From the NCBI RefSeq assembly GCF_009914755.1, contig NC_060927.1: 64,000 bases of DNA; one strand, written 5' to 3'. Position numbers and translations under genes: made by a program. The notes under the pieces are model-generated. The model searched no databases. It was not told where the DNA came from and saw only the letters and a list, made by a program, of their open reading frames with translations. Each line of letters starts with the position of its first letter. The stretch's first letter is position 1. This document shows, in pieces, positions 61,377-64,000 of the stretch. The DNA is from the human T2T-CHM13v2.0 reference genome, Homo sapiens.

Positions 61377-61541
61377 TAGTGCTTCTCATACTTTAATGTG
61401 CATACAAGTCACCTGGGGATCTTGTTAAAATGCAGCTTCTGATTGAGTAGGTTTGGAGTGAGCCAAAGATTCTGCATTTCTAACAGGCTCTAGGTAACAC
61501 CAGGTCTGCTGTTTTGGGAGGACACACTGAGTAGAAGACTG
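61377..61541. mobile_element. MER5 DNA transposon fossil
   Basis: gtcacctggggatcttgttaaaatgcag..tctgcatttctaaca. Confidence 0.85.
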
Positions 61542-61761
61542 TCAACTACACAGCACTTCAGAATACTAAATTTGTAAAAAAAACAAAGTTACACTGTCAA
61601 ATGTTAGAAATGGTCTCTTAGTAGGGGATGAAAGTAAACTACCTACTGATGAGGTCTTAAAGGAAATTGAATGACTAAAAAAGTCATTAATATTAATTAT
61701 TTTAAATTGCTCATTTGACCTCTTAGATTCTGATCTTACACCACAGGCTTAAAAGTACTCT

Positions 61762-62223
61762 TTACAATTGGTTGAGGGAGCCAAGATGGCCGAATAGGAA
61801 CAGCTTCGGTCTACAGCTCCCAGCGTGAGCAATGCAGAAGACGGGTGATTTCTGCATTTCCATCTGAGGTACCGGGTTCATCTCACTAGGGAGTGCCAGA
61901 CAGTCGGCGCAGGACAGTGGGTGCAGTGCACTGTGTGCGAGCCGAAGCAGGGCGAGGCATTGCCTCACTCGGGAAGCGCAAGGGGTCAGGGAGTTCCCTT
62001 TCCTAGTCAAAGAAAGGGGTGACAGACGGCACCTGGAAAATCGGGTCACTCCCACCCTAATACTGTGCTTTTCCGACGGGCTTAAAAAACGGCGCACCAG
62101 GAGATTATATCCCACACGTGGCTCAGAGGGTCCTACGCCCACAGAGTCTTGCTCATTGCTAGCACAGCAGTCTGAGATCAAACTGCAAGGCGGCAATGAG
62201 GCTGGGGGAAGGGCGCCCGCCAT
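61762..62223 (-). CDS. L1 antisense ORF0-like frame, C-terminally extended (153 aa)
   Basis: MAGALPPASLPPCSLISDCCASNEQDSVGVGPSEP...VGVTRFSRC matches ORF0. The frame stays open to 61762. Confidence 0.6.
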   Translation of the reverse strand: MAGALPPASLPPCSLISDCCASNEQDSVGVGPSEPRVGYNLLVRRFLSPSEKHSIRVGVTRFSRCRLSPLSLTRKGNSLTPCASRVRQCLALLRLAHSALHPLSCADCLALPSEMNPVPQMEMQKSPVFCIAHAGSCRPKLFLFGHLGSLNQL

Positions 62224-62806
62224 TGCCCAGGCTTGCTTAGGTAAATAAAGCAGCCAGGAAGCTCGAACTGGGTGGAACCCACCACAGCTCAAGGAGGCCT
62301 GCCTGCCTCTGTAGGCTCCACCTCTGGGGGCAGGGCACAGACAAACAAAAAGACAGCAGTAACCTCTGCAGACTTAAATGTCCCTGTCTGACAGCTTTGA
62401 AGAGAGCAGTGGTTCTCCCAGCACGCAGCTAGATATCTGAGAAGGGGCAGACTGCCTCCTCAAGTGGGTCCCTGACCCCTGACCCCCGAGCAGCCTAACT
62501 GGGAGGCACCCCCCAGTAGGGGCAGACTGACACCTCACACGGCCGGGTACTCCTCTGAAACAAAACTTCCAGAGGAACGATCAGACAGCAGCATTCGCGG
62601 TTCATGAAAACCCGCTGTTGTGCAGCCACCGCTGCTGTTACCCAGGCAAACAGGGTCTGGAGTGGACCTCTAGCAAACTCCAACAGACCTGCAGCTGAGG
62701 GCCCTGTCTGTTAGAAGGAAAACTAACAAACAGAAAGGACATCCACACCAAAAACCCATCTGTACGTCACCACCATCAAAGACCAAAAGTAGATAAAACC
62801 ACAAAG

Positions 62807-63823
62807 ACAGGGAAAAAACAGAGCAGAAAAACTGGAAACTCTAAAAAGCAGAGTGCCTCTCCTCCTCCAAAGGAACACAGCTCCTCACCAGCAACGGAAC
62901 AAAGCTGGACGGAGAATGACTTTGACTAGTTGAGAGAAGAAGGCTTCAGACAATCAAACTACTCTGAGCTACAGGAGGAAATTCAAACCAATGGCAAAGA
63001 AGTTAAAAACTTTGAAAAAAAATTAGACGAATGGATAACTAGAATAACCAATGCAGAGAAGTCCTTAAAGGAGCTGATGGAGCTGAAAGCCAAGGCTTGA
63101 GAACTATGTGAAGAATGCAGAAGCCTCAGGAGCCGATGCGATCAACTGGAAGAAAGGGTATCAGTGATGGAAGATGAAATGAATGAAATGAAGCGAGAAG
63201 GCAAGATTAGAGAAAAAAGAATAAAAAGAAACGAACAAAGCCTCCAAGAAATATGGGACTATGTGAAAAGACCAAATCTACATCTGATTGGTGTACCTGA
63301 AAGTGACGGGGAGAATGGAACCAAGTTGGAAAACACTCTGCAGGATATTATCCAGGAGAACTTCCCCAATCTAGCAAGGCAGGTCAACATTCAGATTCAG
63401 GAAATACAGAGAACGCCACAAAGATATGCCTCGAGAAGAGCAACTCCAAGAAACATAATTGTCAGATTCACCAAAGTTGAAATGAAGGAAAAAATGATAA
63501 GGGCAGCCAGAGAGAAAGGTCGGGTTACCCACAAAGGGAAGCCCATCAGACTAACAGCGGATCTCTTGGCAGAAACTCTACAAGCCAGAAGAGAGTGGGG
63601 GCCAATATTCAACATTCTTAAAGAAAAGAATTTTCAACCCAGAATTTCATATCCAGCCAAACTAAGCTTCATAAGTGAAGGAGAAATAAAATCCTTTACA
63701 GACAAGCAAATGCTGAGAGATTTTGTCACCACCAGGCCTGCCCTAAAAGACCTCCTGAAGGAAGCACTAAACATAGAAAGGAACAACTGGTAGCAGCCAC
63801 TGCAAAAACATGCCAAAATGTAA
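62807..63823 (+). pseudogene. L1 ORF1p, disabled
   Basis: The 1017-nt frame is conserved, but ATG is ACA (62807) and there are stops at 62927-62929, 63098-63100 and 63791-63793. ORF 63164-63793 translates as ORF1p (..REKG..ARREW..YPAKLS). Confidence 0.95.
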
Positions 63824-63887
63824 AGACCATCAAGGCTAGGAAGAAAACTGCATCAACTAACGAGCAAAATAACCAGCTAACATCATA

Positions 63888-64000
63888 ATGACAGGACCAA
63901 ATTCACACATAACAATATTAACTTTAAATGTAAATGGGCTAAATGCTCCAATTAAAAGACACAGAGTGGCAAAGTGGATAAATGGTCAAGACCCATCAGT
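63888..64000 (+). CDS. L1 ORF2p N-terminus (endonuclease), truncated by the window edge; intactness unknown
   Basis: MTGPNSHITILTLNVNGLNAPIKRHR... Confidence 0.85.
   Translation, partial: MTGPNSHITILTLNVNGLNAPIKRHRVAKWINGQDPS

Larger units (their letters stand above)
61770..64000 (+). mobile_element. 5' part of a full-length L1PA (L1PA3-6160/L1PA4-like); continues beyond the window
   Basis: ggagccaagatggccgaatagg 5' end with YY1 site, ~1.03-kb 5'UTR including the ~129-bp extra segment, ORF1 remnant, and ORF2 start. Confidence 0.97.

Noticed and set aside
63164-63793. Active L1 ORF1
   Set aside because: Only an internal fragment between premature stops, and the true start codon is mutated.

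Overview
Primate (probably human or hominoid) intergenic or intronic DNA, AT-rich and repeat-rich, with no intact protein-coding gene. The main feature is a full-length, minus-strand processed pseudogene of PTPN11/SHP2 (20731-24896). It has a 5'UTR, an intronless CDS, about 1.85 kb of 3'UTR, AATAAA, a poly(A) tail and a 15-bp TSD, and is disabled by two nonsense codons, an Alu insertion and loss of the WPD-loop Asp and P-loop Arg. It carries substitutions matching known human PTPN11 disease alleles (N308D, Y62C, R265Q, G503E), with reference codons recalled from memory. A 7.1-kb ERV (50231-57348, LTR47/ERVL-like) has the R-U5-PBS...PPT-U3-R-poly(A) layout of an L1-retroposed viral RNA rather than a provirus. 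Four or five short direct duplications (25-268 bp, about 95-96% identical, 0.8-1.6 kb apart) look like local templated insertions. The window ends in the 5' part of an L1PA3/4-like element with a dead ORF1, an open and extended antisense ORF0 frame, and the 129-bp ZNF93 segment retained. The rest is Alus, solo LTRs, old L1/L2/MIR, DNA transposon fossils and a 77/42-bp minisatellite. All family names come from recalled consensus sequences, not from a search. I found no novel prokaryote-style system.
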